A stretch of 64,000 nt of DNA, taken from Candidatus Bathyarchaeota archaeon. Lineage in GTDB: Archaea > Thermoproteota > Bathyarchaeia > Bathyarchaeales > Bathycorpusculaceae. Position 1 is the first letter of the stretch, and each line of letters opens with the position of its first letter. The stretch covers positions 704,001-768,000 of the forward strand of contig OY970176.1 of assembly GCA_963707955.1 (NCBI GenBank). The letters run 5' to 3'. Positions 1 through 11,521 of this stretch are shown here, piece by piece. A program made the translations under genes and the position numbers. The notes under the pieces were generated by a model. That model had not been told where the DNA came from and searched no databases. It was given only the letters and a program-made list of their open reading frames with translations.

Positions 1-426
1 GACAATGCTGATGAGGTCATCAAGGCAAACAACGTGAAACTGATAATCGTAGACTCTTTGACAGCGCACTTCAGAAGCGAGTACATTGGACGCGAGATGC
101 TGGCGCCTAGGCAACAGAGACTGAACAAGCACATGCACAAGCTCATCGGTTTGGCGAGAGCCTTCAACGCTGCGGCAGTCGTGACCAATCAGGTTATGGC
201 GAGGCCCGACGTTTTCTTCGGAGATGCGATTCACCCCATCGGCGGCCACATCGTCGGACACACGAGTCACACGCGTGTTTACCTGAGAAGGGCTGCGCAT
301 GGGCCCATACGCATAGCGCGGCTGGTCTCAAGCCCTTACCTGCCTGAAGGGGAGGAAATATTTAAAATAACAGAGAACGGCATAGAGGATGCTTCCGAAG
401 AAGAGAAGAAGCCTCGTGGTCACTGA
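1..426 (+). CDS. radA: DNA repair and recombination protein RadA (C-terminal part; truncated by window edge)
   Basis: Walker [38 protein letters not shown] and [15 protein letters not shown] motifs of RadA/Rad51; frame open from base 1. Confidence 0.97.
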   Translation, partial: DNADEVIKANNVKLIIVDSLTAHFRSEYIGREMLAPRQQRLNKHMHKLIGLARAFNAAAVVTNQVMARPDVFFGDAIHPIGGHIVGHTSHTRVYLRRAAHGPIRIARLVSSPYLPEGEEIFKITENGIEDASEEEKKPRGH

Positions 427-428
427 AG

Positions 429-890
429 ATGCCTATTCCGTTAGCCCTCGTAACAAGATTTTTCCAGCTGCTAGTCAACAGACAGTTCACAGAAGCAGAG
501 CGGGAGCTGGAGAGGCTGAAGCAAAAGATGCAGAAGACAGAGTGGAACAGAGGATACTTCAGGGCCCTGTACGGCATGTTTCTGTCCCGCAAAGCCAACG
601 GCGACTCCTACGCGCTCTTCTCAACCATGGATTTGAACGATAAGCCAGCCCTGAACAGTTACAGACGAGAATTTCTCGAACACGTCAGGAACAAGCAGCA
701 CGGAGACTTTGACCGCGGATTCTTTTCAGCGTGGGCAGACTGCATGCGCGTGCTAAGCAGAATAACCGTCCCCAACAACGTGGCCAGTCCAAGCCTCAAA
801 GGTTCAGCAGCTCAAGAAGAGAATCCTGAGACCGGGAGCCCTGACGACCAAGCATCGATGGAAGACTTCCTCAAAGAGGAAACAGACTAG
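429..890 (+). CDS. Hypothetical helical protein, translationally coupled to radA
   Basis: ATG 2 nt after the radA stop; 153 aa with two similar segments (WNRGYFRALYG / FDRGFFSAWAD). Confidence 0.8.
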   Translation: MPIPLALVTRFFQLLVNRQFTEAERELERLKQKMQKTEWNRGYFRALYGMFLSRKANGDSYALFSTMDLNDKPALNSYRREFLEHVRNKQHGDFDRGFFSAWADCMRVLSRITVPNNVASPSLKGSAAQEENPETGSPDDQASMEDFLKEETD

Positions 891-1189
891 AGCCCAGCAA
901 GCATCGTGTACAGCAGAGCGAAAAAAGTCATCCAAGAAAGAAAGTAGATTCCTATCCCCGTTGTAAACAGCTTCTGAGTTTTCTGCACTTTAAGCCGAAA
1001 TCCGGCCTTTATAACGTAGTAGGAGAGCACGTACACTATTATGGCAAGAGACACACTGTTTAGCAAGATGTTGACTGAGAACTGTGTGCTGGAAATCGCG
1101 TTTGCCGCCACACCATAACCTATACAGACCAAAGCGGCCAGGATGCCGAACCCAAATCTCAGCCAGTACACGGTTTCCAGAGGTTTCAA
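887..1189 (-). CDS. Small three-TM membrane protein, EMC6/Rab5ip-like
   Basis: 100 aa, three hydrophobic segments, C-terminal GIGIYFLSW...LLYT pattern reminiscent of EMC6. Confidence 0.6.
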   Translation of the reverse strand: MKPLETVYWLRFGFGILAALVCIGYGVAANAISSTQFSVNILLNSVSLAIIVYVLSYYVIKAGFRLKVQKTQKLFTTGIGIYFLSWMTFFALLYTMLAGL

Positions 1190-1612
1190 GGCTTTCCAAC
1201 CTTTCCAACCTATATTTTGAAACGAGATTTAAAGTTGCCTATTATCAACTATTTGGATAAAAATTGAATTCTAGAACAATGCCTTCTCACACGGAACGAG
1301 GCATGCGAGCCTACTCGTATCGAAGCAGATACAGTGGCTTGCTTGCTTCTATTTTCCTCTGTCTCTTAGAGCTTTTCTTCAACAGACAACCGCGCTCAAC
1401 AGGCTGAATTGCATTTTGTGTGTTCAATCTTCGCGACCCACCATTCTCAACGACGAGGATACATTTTTGGTTTATGAATCACTAATCCATATTTCAGGTT
1501 GCAAGATTCTTCAACATGCCAGAAGGAGAAAGACCGCCGCTCGGATGCTAGCAGATAGGACGAGAACGCGTATTTATAGTGTCTGAATCATTAATGTGTG
1601 ATGTGATTCGGG

Positions 1613-3673
1613 TTGTCCAGCAAGGAGTTCACAAGCTTCGACGTTGCCGCCGTGGTCAGAGAGTTGAAAACCGAAGGGCTATGCTCGATCGTGAGCAACA
1701 TTTACCAGCTGGACGCCAAGACCATAGTCCTCAAACTGCACAAGGCTGACAAACCACCGCTTTGGCTGATCCTGGAGGCCGGAAGACGGATGAACCTGAC
1801 GGTCTACGCGCCAGAGAAGCCTTCGACGCCTCCTGCGTTCTGCATGGCTTTAAGGAAGTACTTTCGGAACGCTCGATTGAGCTCCATCGAACAGTATGAG
1901 TTTGAGAGGGTAGTTGTGTTGTCCTTCAACGCTCAAGACGTTGATTTCCAACTGATCCTGGAGTTCTTCGGCGACGGAAACATCATCCTTGTAAGCGAAA
2001 ATGCCGAGATCCTCCAAGCTCTAGTCTACAAGCGCATGCGAGACAGGAACGTCGTCCGCGGTGAGCCTTTCAAGTTTGCACCTTCAAGCGGGAAGAACCC
2101 GTTCAGAGTGAACTACGGGGAATTCAACTTAAGCCTAAAATCTTTCGGTGATGTTCAAGTCGTCAGGGCACTCGCTCGTTTTCTAAGCATAGGCGGCATT
2201 TATGCAGAGGAGGTTCTAGCTCGGGCTGGTGTTCATAAAGCCAAAGTCTGCAACCTGTTGAGCGATGATGAGGTCAAAACCATCTTTGAAAGCCTTCAGG
2301 AGTTGTTGTCACAGGTTACGAATGGAGCCCTGGAGCCTCGTGTCGTCTTCGACAAGACCGACGTTCTCGTTGATGCTACGCCGCTAAGGCTCAAACGCTA
2401 CGAGAGTGAAACTTTTAGAATCCAGTCTTATGGCACATTCAACGAGGCACTGGATGAGTTCTTCGCCAAACTGTCAGCGCTTGAAAGTGCTGCGCAGGGG
2501 ACGAACGTTGAGGAGTTCAAAGCGGAAGCGGCAAGACTTGAACGCATCGTCGTTGAACAGCAGAAAGTAGTGGTCAGCGCTCGTGCCGAAGCGGAGCGAG
2601 ACAGACGCATCGGTGACTTGATTTATGCACACTTCAGTGAGTTGCAAGCCATAATGGAAAAATTTTTGGGAGACAAGAAGAGCGGCAGGGAATGGAAGAA
2701 CATAGTTTCTGAGGCCCTAAGCGAGAAGCAGGAGGGTGTCAAACCGTGGGTGTTTTTTGAGTCTTTCAACAACGAGGAATTCTCAATGAAAGTCTGTGTG
2801 AACGACTTGTCCTTCAACCTAGACTTGCGAAAGACACTCTTTGAAAGCGCGTCAGAGTTTTATCGGCACAGCAAACGTGCCAAGCAGAAAATGGAAGGCG
2901 CGCAGGTGGCCTTAAATGATTATTTGAGCAGAGTTCAGGAAGCTGAAGCAAAGATGGACGAGGCTCACGCGTTGGAGTTTGTCAAGCCAGCCGAAGCCTT
3001 GGGAGAGCTTGAGAAACGCAGGGTTAAGCGTAAGGAATGGTTTGAAAAGTTCAGGTGGTTCGTGTCATCCGACGGGTTTCTGGTTGTTGCCGGTAAGGAC
3101 GCCGTGACCAACGAGGTCTTGATCAAGAAGTACACTGACAGTGGAGACATCGTTCTCCACGCCGATATTGTCGGTGCGCCGTTTGTCGTGGTCAAGAGGG
3201 AAGAGCAAGAACCAGGAGAAGAATGCTTGCGTGAAGCAGGAGAGTTCGCCGCTGCTTTTTCGAGAGGGTGGCGGGAGGGCTTTGCGAGCGTGGACGTTTA
3301 CTGGGTTAAGCCGGAGCAACTGAGCAAGGGAGGGCCTTCTGGCGAATCCGTGGGCCGCGGTGCGTTCGTTGTTCGTGGCGAGAGAAACTGGATGCGCGGT
3401 GTTCCGCTCAGGATAGCGGTCGGCGTTGCTCTTGACGAGGGAACAGGCGTGGCCAGAATCGGCGGGGGGCCTGTTGAAGCGGTCAAGGCGAAGACAACTG
3501 CACACGTGGTAATCGTGCCTGGAGACTTGAGCGGGAAGGAACTTTTTAAGCGTGTTCTCAGGAGTTTGGCTGAAAAAGTGTCCAAGGAACTGCGTGAAGC
3601 CGTCTTGACCCTGTCAGTTGAGTCGGTTAGAGAGTTTATTCCCTTCGGAAAGGGCACGGTTTTGAAAGACTGA
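1613..3673 (+). CDS. rqcH: Ribosome quality-control protein Rqc2/RqcH (NFACT/NEMF family)
   Basis: FTSFDV, PPAFCMALRK, EFFGDGNIILV, WFEKFRWF-SSDGFLVVAGKDA..NE, HADIVGAP and GAFVVRGERN motifs. Confidence 0.95.
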   Translation: MSSKEFTSFDVAAVVRELKTEGLCSIVSNIYQLDAKTIVLKLHKADKPPLWLILEAGRRMNLTVYAPEKPSTPPAFCMALRKYFRNARLSSIEQYEFERVVVLSFNAQDVDFQLILEFFGDGNIILVSENAEILQALVYKRMRDRNVVRGEPFKFAPSSGKNPFRVNYGEFNLSLKSFGDVQVVRALARFLSIGGIYAEEVLARAGVHKAKVCNLLSDDEVKTIFESLQELLSQVTNGALEPRVVFDKTDVLVDATPLRLKRYESETFRIQSYGTFNEALDEFFAKLSALESAAQGTNVEEFKAEAARLERIVVEQQKVVVSARAEAERDRRIGDLIYAHFSELQAIMEKFLGDKKSGREWKNIVSEALSEKQEGVKPWVFFESFNNEEFSMKVCVNDLSFNLDLRKTLFESASEFYRHSKRAKQKMEGAQVALNDYLSRVQEAEAKMDEAHALEFVKPAEALGELEKRRVKRKEWFEKFRWFVSSDGFLVVAGKDAVTNEVLIKKYTDSGDIVLHADIVGAPFVVVKREEQEPGEECLREAGEFAAAFSRGWREGFASVDVYWVKPEQLSKGGPSGESVGRGAFVVRGERNWMRGVPLRIAVGVALDEGTGVARIGGGPVEAVKAKTTAHVVIVPGDLSGKELFKRVLRSLAEKVSKELREAVLTLSVESVREFIPFGKGTVLKD

Positions 3674-3725
3674 ATTGAAGTGCAGAACTTTAGATGTTCT
3701 TTGTTGAATGAGAATGTTTTGAGGT

Positions 3726-5380
<1,655 letters not shown>

Positions 5381-5554
5381 CAATTCAGACCTAACCGATT
5401 AGTTTGTCAGGTCCACATTGCTGTCTCCGCAACTGGAGGCCAACAGTCCTCATTCCATATGGCGACTTTGCGCCGTTGAGGTCGGAGTTGAGCCGCCGCC
5501 GAAAAATTGCGGAGCTAATTGATTGCCAAAAAGACAATGAAGGCATCCAACCAG

Positions 5555-5569
5555 ATATAAACGTTTCTT
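5555..5569 (-). promoter_or_regulatory. Putative BRE-TATA promoter of the 16S rRNA gene
   Basis: Minus strand AAGAAACG-TTTATAT upstream of the 5' processing arm. Confidence 0.6.
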
Positions 5570-5812
5570 TCAACAGGGCGCTCCCATTTAATGCTTGGTT
5601 TAACATATTGGAAAAGGCATCAAAGCTTCTAAGTCCATAAGAAAGGCAGTACTGAACCATGACCGCTGAAAGGGAGAAAGTCTTGAAAGACCTTGAGCGC
5701 GCGCTAATAGGCCTAATTCTTGGGCTTGCCGCTATAGTTATTATGATCCGTACGCATCCAAACAAAACTGAAAGCACACGTAAACCCGTGTCCCTCAAGT
5801 TAACGGTGTTCT

Positions 5813-6598
5813 TTAACGCCTATGTGCTCTTGTTTGTTCATGTCCATAATTTTCAAGCAAGTCAAGTAACTCTCTTAAGCCCTTGATAACTCCGTCAGGC
5901 AGGACTTTCTCGTGTGCTTCTGGCAGTTCGTATGAAAGCGACAACGAATCTCGGGGCGACTGCTGTCTCTCGATTAGGACAGCTTTGAGTCCCACCGTTT
6001 TCGCACCTCTGATGTCTATTCCTGGTGTGTCGCCGACGAAAACGGCTCTGTCTGCCTCGATGTCTAGGGTGCTCAATGCTCTTTCATAGATTTCAGGACT
6101 GGGCTTTCGCTTGTTGATGGCGCCCGAAATGACGACAGCATCAAAAAACCCATTCATACCAAACTTCTCCAGCAGTCTTGAAGCGCATTCGGGAATGGAG
6201 AAGTTGGAGACAATCCCGAGCTTGTATTTTTTGTGCAGTCTCTCCAATACATAGAGTACGTCGTCGTCTGGTCGCGCGTACTTCATGAACTCTTCGCAGA
6301 AGGCTCCGGTGGCTCCCACAACAGTGGGGTGTGAAACTCCCAGTCTGTGTCCGAACTTTTCCAGCGTACGTGAAACCCTGATGTTGAAGTGCGGGTCTTC
6401 AAGACTCTCACTTGTTTCCTCGTAAAGCCTATCTCGCACCTCGAAGTAAACTCGAACGAAGTCTTCGAAAGAAATGTCAATTTCGTTATTGACCAAGAAA
6501 TTGTGGAGTCTCTTCAATGATGGCATGTAGAAGGCATCGTCATTTTCAAGCAAGACCAAGGTGTTAAATAGGTCAAAGAGTACCGCCTCCACGCGCAT
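5813..6598 (-). CDS. HAD-superfamily hydrolase
   Basis: FDLFNTL motif I, GIVSN motif II, KRKPSPEIY and FVGDTPGIDIRGA motifs. Confidence 0.9.
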   Translation of the reverse strand: MRVEAVLFDLFNTLVLLENDDAFYMPSLKRLHNFLVNNEIDISFEDFVRVYFEVRDRLYEETSESLEDPHFNIRVSRTLEKFGHRLGVSHPTVVGATGAFCEEFMKYARPDDDVLYVLERLHKKYKLGIVSNFSIPECASRLLEKFGMNGFFDAVVISGAINKRKPSPEIYERALSTLDIEADRAVFVGDTPGIDIRGAKTVGLKAVLIERQQSPRDSLSLSYELPEAHEKVLPDGVIKGLRELLDLLENYGHEQTRAHRR

Positions 6599-6912
6599 TT
6601 TTGCACCCTTTACAGTAGCAGTTCGCGATAAAGATAAAGAGTTGTTGCACCGAGCAAATCAAACTTAATCCAACATCAAGGTGGACAGCGCACGACATTT
6701 CTGCAGGTGAAAACATGCGGCTATTCACGTGCAGCCCTTTCTTCGGCAACAAAAATTGGGCCGTGACTCTTTGATCATGGCGAAGGCAAGTGACATGTCG
6801 AACTGCAAAGGCTTCAGGTGTGATGTGAATCTCGCCTCTGTCTATGTTTTGCGGAACAAACTGCCGTTAAGCTTATATTGTGTATTGCTACATAATATAT
6901 GGGAAACGAGCC

Positions 6913-7035
6913 ATGAAGCCCGTGTCGAAAAACGAAGAAATCCGATGGCAAGTCATGAAGGCTATGCTTGATGAATTTCCAACGTTGAAGGAGAAAACCA
7001 GAAAATATCTTGAAAGACAAGGTTCAAATCAATAA
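6913..7035 (+). CDS. Small hypothetical protein, 40 aa (MKPVSKNEEIRWQVMKAMLDEFPTLKEKTRKYLERQGSNQ)
   Basis: Below the ORF-track cutoff; TATA-like AAGCTTATAT at ~6869; amphipathic helical composition. Confidence 0.6.
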   Translation: MKPVSKNEEIRWQVMKAMLDEFPTLKEKTRKYLERQGSNQ

Positions 7036-7116
7036 ACGTCTTGTTTATTGTTCTGTGCCAGAACGTTATTTCTGGTAACTTTCAAGGAAGCTTTTGGGCA
7101 TTGAACGCGGGCTGAT

Positions 7117-7470
7117 TCACATCAGGTTTTGGTTCTTCTTGAGCAGGTGTTGCGGAGGAATTCTGATCCCATTCTTGCCGTTGTTGTCCTCTTCGGTCTT
7201 GAGAAGTTCGGTTATTTCATGGTAGCGCTGCAGAAAATCCACGCCCTTGTCTGTTGCCCTGTATGTTTCCCTGTCGTTCTGCAAGATTTTCTCCAGCAAA
7301 CTGATTCTCAACATGAAGTTAAGATAATCATTCAGCTGCGTGAAACTCAGGTTTGCCCGGTACATGATCTGAGTCTTCAGGGACCCATCCTTGGCGATTT
7401 CCAAGATTTCGGCCATGATGAAAAGCCTGTCCCTTCTCTTGGCAGACGGATTCGAACCCCAAGGATTCAT
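7117..7470 (-). CDS. Winged-helix transcriptional regulator (HTH_45/ArsR-like archaeal family)
   Basis: RRDRLFIMAEIL...KTQIMYRANLSF..L..YL...YRATDKG signature. Confidence 0.9.
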   Translation of the reverse strand: MNPWGSNPSAKRRDRLFIMAEILEIAKDGSLKTQIMYRANLSFTQLNDYLNFMLRISLLEKILQNDRETYRATDKGVDFLQRYHEITELLKTEEDNNGKNGIRIPPQHLLKKNQNLM

Positions 7471-7656
7471 TTTCTATATCCCTCTTTCAGAACTGTTTTC
7501 TGTAACAGAAGGAAGTGGCGCTTTTCTTAAGCAGTGTTTCGGAGACCAAGCTATTTCAGGAATCGAAATATTCTCTAGAACAAACTTCTAGAAGCCAAAG
7601 AGCCTCTTGCAAAGACCTTATTTCCTTCAGAAGAGAATCTTCAAAATGATGAGAAA

Positions 7657-8155
7657 ATGCTGATAGGACTAATGTCAGACACGCACGATAACCTTCCACA
7701 AGTTGACAAAGCAGTCAGAAGGTTTAACGAAGAAAATGTTGAGCTTGTGCTTCACGCCGGAGACTATGTTGCCGCTTTCGTGATCCCAAGGTTCAAGGAT
7801 CTGAAAGCAAGATTGATCGGCGTCTTCGGCAACAACGATGGTGATCACGAGCTCTTGAAGTTAAGGTTTAAGGAAAACAAACGGCTGGAAATACGCGGAA
7901 ACTTTGCGTACGTAGAAGTTGACGGCTTGAAAATTGCGTTGCTGCATGGAACCGACAGGGGAGCTTTTGGAGGCTTTGATCGAACGCGAGAGTTTTGACG
8001 TTGTGGTTCATGGGCACACGCACCTTAAAGGAGTGCACAAGAAAGGCAGGACGCTGGTCGTGAATCCAGGGGAAGTCTGCGGATATTTGACTGGGAAATC
8101 GACTGTTTCGCTGCTTGACACGGTCAAACGCAGAGCGAAAATAGTTAAACTTTAG
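7657..8155 (+). pseudogene. YfcE/MJ0936-family metallophosphoesterase split by a 1-nt insertion (pseudogene or sequencing error)
   Basis: SDTHD, HAGD and GNND in one frame; HGHTH and NPGE in another; junction at the GGGG run near 7958-7961. Confidence 0.85.
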
Positions 8156-8166
8156 TTGGGACTCAC

Positions 8167-9117
8167 TCAGAAGGCATCGAGGCGGCTCAGATAGAATCTG
8201 TCACCGTAGGTCTTCTTGAATGAGGCATCGGAGGTCAGAGGCTTGAACATCATGACTCCCCAGCTCCTGTTTTGAACCATGTAACCGCGGAATCTATAGA
8301 CTTCCAAAAGTCTGGCATTTAGAACTGCCCTGTCATAGACAGATCCTCTTGTTCTGCTCTCCAAGAAGTCTACTAGCTTGTGCATTTGTTCAGCATTTAA
8401 CGCAACAAGCTCTCTAATCCATATGCCCGTCTTGTCTTCCCTGAAGATGACATAACCTTCTTCATCAACTATGCACTGCTTAGGCTTTATTCCTTCAGTC
8501 TTCTTAAGCATCTTGATGTACGCCCTATCCCGAACGACAAAGCCTGTCCTCTCTTTCGAAAATTCGTTGTAGATTGCAAGAATCCTTTCTGGGTCAAAGC
8601 CCACGACATTCTCTTCTGGATAGTGCTTAGCTTTCTTGTCGTGAAAGACTTTGTACACGCTAGGACACTCGATCAGGTCAACGTAACCCAGCTTCTCGTA
8701 AAGAGCATGAGCCACGAGTGAATGGCCCGTGAACAGGAAGGAAAAACGGTACCCCTTATTCCTAAAGTATTCGTGTGCCTTGTTCATCAGAGTTGTGCAG
8801 ACGCCCTTCCGCGCGTAGCCTGGCAACGTCGCGACGCCGTACAATCCACCAACGTGTTCGATACTTCGGTCCACAGTTCGCGTTGCCAGATCCATCACGC
8901 CTACGTGTCCAATTATCCGTCCATATTCAACTGCGCAGAAGCTGACTGGGCCGTTCTTTAATCTTGGGTCGATCTTGACGAGATCGTCAGACTGGCTTTG
9001 ATTGAAAACCCATTTAAAAGCATGGTCTAGCAGCGGCAATAGCCCATCCTTCGATTCTAAGTCTCTGTACGGGATGATCCTCATTCTTGACTGCCCCTTT
9101 TGCGCTTTCTCACTCAA
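8167..9117 (-). CDS. GNAT family acetyltransferase (Eis-like N-terminal domain)
   Basis: VATLPGYARKG acetyl-CoA motif A; LYEKLGY. Confidence 0.85.
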   Translation of the reverse strand: MSEKAQKGQSRMRIIPYRDLESKDGLLPLLDHAFKWVFNQSQSDDLVKIDPRLKNGPVSFCAVEYGRIIGHVGVMDLATRTVDRSIEHVGGLYGVATLPGYARKGVCTTLMNKAHEYFRNKGYRFSFLFTGHSLVAHALYEKLGYVDLIECPSVYKVFHDKKAKHYPEENVVGFDPERILAIYNEFSKERTGFVVRDRAYIKMLKKTEGIKPKQCIVDEEGYVIFREDKTGIWIRELVALNAEQMHKLVDFLESRTRGSVYDRAVLNARLLEVYRFRGYMVQNRSWGVMMFKPLTSDASFKKTYGDRFYLSRLDAF

Positions 9118-9176
9118 ACGTGTGATAAAAATCTTGTTTTCAGGCGTATGCTCTGGTTGTTCAACGGGGCTTTTGC

Positions 9177-10106
9177 TCAGTTCTTGTTGTAGGGCTGTCT
9201 TTTCTGGTTGGCGAGCTTGAAAAGTTCTGCCAGTTGCTCGTCGTTCGCGCCCTTTCTCAGAGGTGTCAAGATGTCCACAAGGTTGTCATTTTTCATCAAA
9301 CAGGGCTTGAGTTTTCCGTCACTCGTTACTCGAAGACGGGTGCAGTGCAGGCAGAATTCAGTGTTCTCTATTGGGTGCACAACCTCAACTCTTGTGCCCG
9401 GTAAGTGGTAAACGCGTCGGTTATGCATATACGGTCTGCTTTCAACTTTCACCGCATTTTCCTTCAACACTGTTTCATACGCGTCCAAGGACTTGTGATG
9501 CATCGAATAAAATTCGCTGCTCATGTTTATCGGCTCAAGCTCGATCAACTGCAGAATCGCGCCAGTTCTTTCAGCAAACCTGATCATCTCTGGCACAGAA
9601 GCATCATTTGCCCCCTTAAGAATGAGCATGTTAAGCTTCACTGGACACAATCCAGCGTTGACGGCGGCTCTTACGCCTGCTAGCGCATGCTGCACTCGAC
9701 CGCCGGTCAGTTTGTGATAGACATCCGCATCCAGCGTGGGGAGGCTTACGTTCACACGGTTCAAGCCGCTAGAATGCAATTCCTCAGCAACTGAAGCAAG
9801 CAGGGTTCCGTTCGAGGTCATGGAAAGATCCGTCAAGCCAGGCGTGGACGCGATTCCTCGAACAATCTCCACAATGTCCTTGCGCATCAGAGGTTCCCCT
9901 CCTGTCAGCTTGACCTTGGAAATGCCCAACGTGAGAGCAACTCTCACGATGCGGACGATCTCGTTACTCGTCATTTCTCCATGGCAGAGTTCCGCAGGAC
10001 TCTCGTCGCCCTCACCGTGACAGTATGAGCAGTTCAAGTCACATCTTTTGGTGACTGCAATCCGCAGGTTGAGCAGCGGTCGCCCACACCCGTCTTTCAA
10101 AACCAT
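9177..10106 (-). CDS. moaA: GTP 3',8-cyclase MoaA
   Basis: LRIAVTKRCDLNCSYCH, LTGGEPL and FCLHCTRLRVTSDGKLKPCL. Confidence 0.95.
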   Translation of the reverse strand: MVLKDGCGRPLLNLRIAVTKRCDLNCSYCHGEGDESPAELCHGEMTSNEIVRIVRVALTLGISKVKLTGGEPLMRKDIVEIVRGIASTPGLTDLSMTSNGTLLASVAEELHSSGLNRVNVSLPTLDADVYHKLTGGRVQHALAGVRAAVNAGLCPVKLNMLILKGANDASVPEMIRFAERTGAILQLIELEPINMSSEFYSMHHKSLDAYETVLKENAVKVESRPYMHNRRVYHLPGTRVEVVHPIENTEFCLHCTRLRVTSDGKLKPCLMKNDNLVDILTPLRKGANDEQLAELFKLANQKRQPYNKN

Positions 10107-10323
10107 CGTTATTCCCGTGCGTGCCTAACGATGACAGAGATTAGCCATCATATAAAACTTGCTTGACGGGCTCGCGTCTTTTCAACATGAATCGACAAGC
10201 GCGCGCTATTAAAAACCATTTGCCCACACCCCTAAGAAACAAGAAATGGGATAATGAGAATGAACGAACGCGACTTGCGTTCCAATCGTGAAGTAGCATT
10301 TGTCGTCGTGCCATATGGTCCTT

Positions 10324-10428
10324 CTATAGGAGGAGAACTAAGATGACGACTTCGATAATGACTGCTATCATGAGCAGTGTATTCGTTCGCTCTATTCTTT
10401 TTACGGTATTTTCTGAGGGGTTTTCCAC
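10324..10428 (-). CDS. Putative tail-anchored micro-protein, 34 aa
   Basis: AGGAG SD 5 nt before GTG; VENPSENTVKRIERTNTLLMIAVIIEVVILVLLL ends in one TM helix, like the neighbouring gene. Confidence 0.45.
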   Translation of the reverse strand: MENPSENTVKRIERTNTLLMIAVIIEVVILVLLL

Positions 10429-10483
10429 TTTTTCTCCTTCTTGACTGTTGAGCGTTTTCTGTTTTGGACCATGCTTGTCAGGG

Positions 10484-10741
10484 TTATGCGAAAAGGATGA
10501 CGAGTATGGCTACGGCTAAGCCTATTGCGGCGTAACTTAACAATTCAGATCTTCGGAGGGCTTTTTCTAGGCGCGTTGATAGGTCGCTGTTGTCGGTTCG
10601 GGTTGGCCATGTCGTTGAATTTGTCGACGTGGATTGAAATGGCGCAGGACTTGTCTGTGCGGAGTTTAAGGGTGGTCCACAGTAGCTGCAGGCGATGGCG
10701 CCTTCAGGCACTGTAGCTCCACATTTTGGACATGCGGGCAT
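10484..10741 (-). CDS. Zinc-ribbon domain membrane protein
   Basis: CPKCG..CSYCG, S/T-rich linker, C-terminal TM helix. Confidence 0.8.
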   Translation of the reverse strand: MPACPKCGATVPEGAIACSYCGPPLNSAQTSPAPFQSTSTNSTTWPTRTDNSDLSTRLEKALRRSELLSYAAIGLAVAILVILFA

Positions 10742-10914
10742 TTTTAGTCAACTTCCTGTTTTAACCTAAGTTTGACAAGTCAGTCCTTGTTCAGTGGTAT
10801 ATAAACATTAGCGCGCGCGTTTTATTTCAGAGAGAGTGCGCGCTTACCATGCTGATTTGTCAGTAGATTTTCACCCTAGAGTAAGTGAGACTTTTTATAG
10901 CGCGCGCTGCCTCA

Positions 10915-11024
10915 CGTCTGCAGAGAACAGAAAAAGAGGGGTTGCGCGGGAGACATCGCCACTGAAGCATGCTAAAGCCTTAGGTGGGTACTTTTCCGTG
11001 TAGGCAGGGTAATTTCATTTTCTC
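10915..11024. repeat. ~110-bp direct repeat, copy A
   Basis: Aligns to 13639-13750 (CGTCTGCAGAGAACAGAAAAAGAGGGG(G)TTGCGCGGGAGACATCG ... CTAAAGCCTTAGGT ... TTTCATTTT). Confidence 0.9.
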
Positions 11025-11227
11025 CTATTCTTCCATGATTTTTTGCCAGCAGAGTGCCCTCTCTTTAATCTCTAGTAGATATACATCGTCGTGCGTGACG
11101 CGCGCGTCATGAGACACCTAGAGAACTTGATGAGGCTTTGGATAAAGCTGATGCCTATATCTTGGGAGCTCCATTGTACTGTTTGGAGGTAAATGGTTTA
11201 ACCAGGACTGAAGGAACGGGGATAAAC

Positions 11228-11521
11228 ATGATATCGTCTAAGGCGAAAAATCGAATGAAACGTGAGCTAAGCTTGGAGAAGCCAACAATATGGGTTGGTA
11301 AGGAGGGAGCGTCGCCGCAGACGGTGAATGAGATTTCTAGGCAGTTGGAGAAAAGGAAAATAGTGAAAGTTCAAATATTGAAAAACGCGCTTAAGGATGA
11401 GAGCGCCAAAGACATCGCGTCAAAAACAGCTCAGCAAACGGCATCCACCCTAATCGATGTTCGAGGACACACTTTCATACTGCATAAGCCTCGCAAAAAG
11501 AGAAGTGAAAAGCCTCTGTGA
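11228..11521 (+). CDS. yhbY: YhbY/CRM-domain RNA-binding protein
   Basis: KPTIWVGKEG, IVKVQILKN and LIDVRGHTFIL motifs. Confidence 0.9.
   Translation: MISSKAKNRMKRELSLEKPTIWVGKEGASPQTVNEISRQLEKRKIVKVQILKNALKDESAKDIASKTAQQTASTLIDVRGHTFILHKPRKKRSEKPL

Noticed and set aside
1340-1520. Possible decayed response-regulator fragment (QKCILVVE..., NAIQ..RG) on the minus strand
   Set aside because: Similarity too weak and interrupted to support
5659-5886. 75-aa ORF with one hydrophobic stretch
   Set aside because: Overlaps the HAD gene end and has no recognisable family; cannot be supported
7440-7462. tRNA T-loop-like GGTTCGAATCC on the minus strand
   Set aside because: Lies within the wHTH coding start; T-stem and cloverleaf do not form
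9177-9220. MoaA lacks the C-terminal GG motif
   Set aside because: Common in archaeal MoaA homologs; not novel
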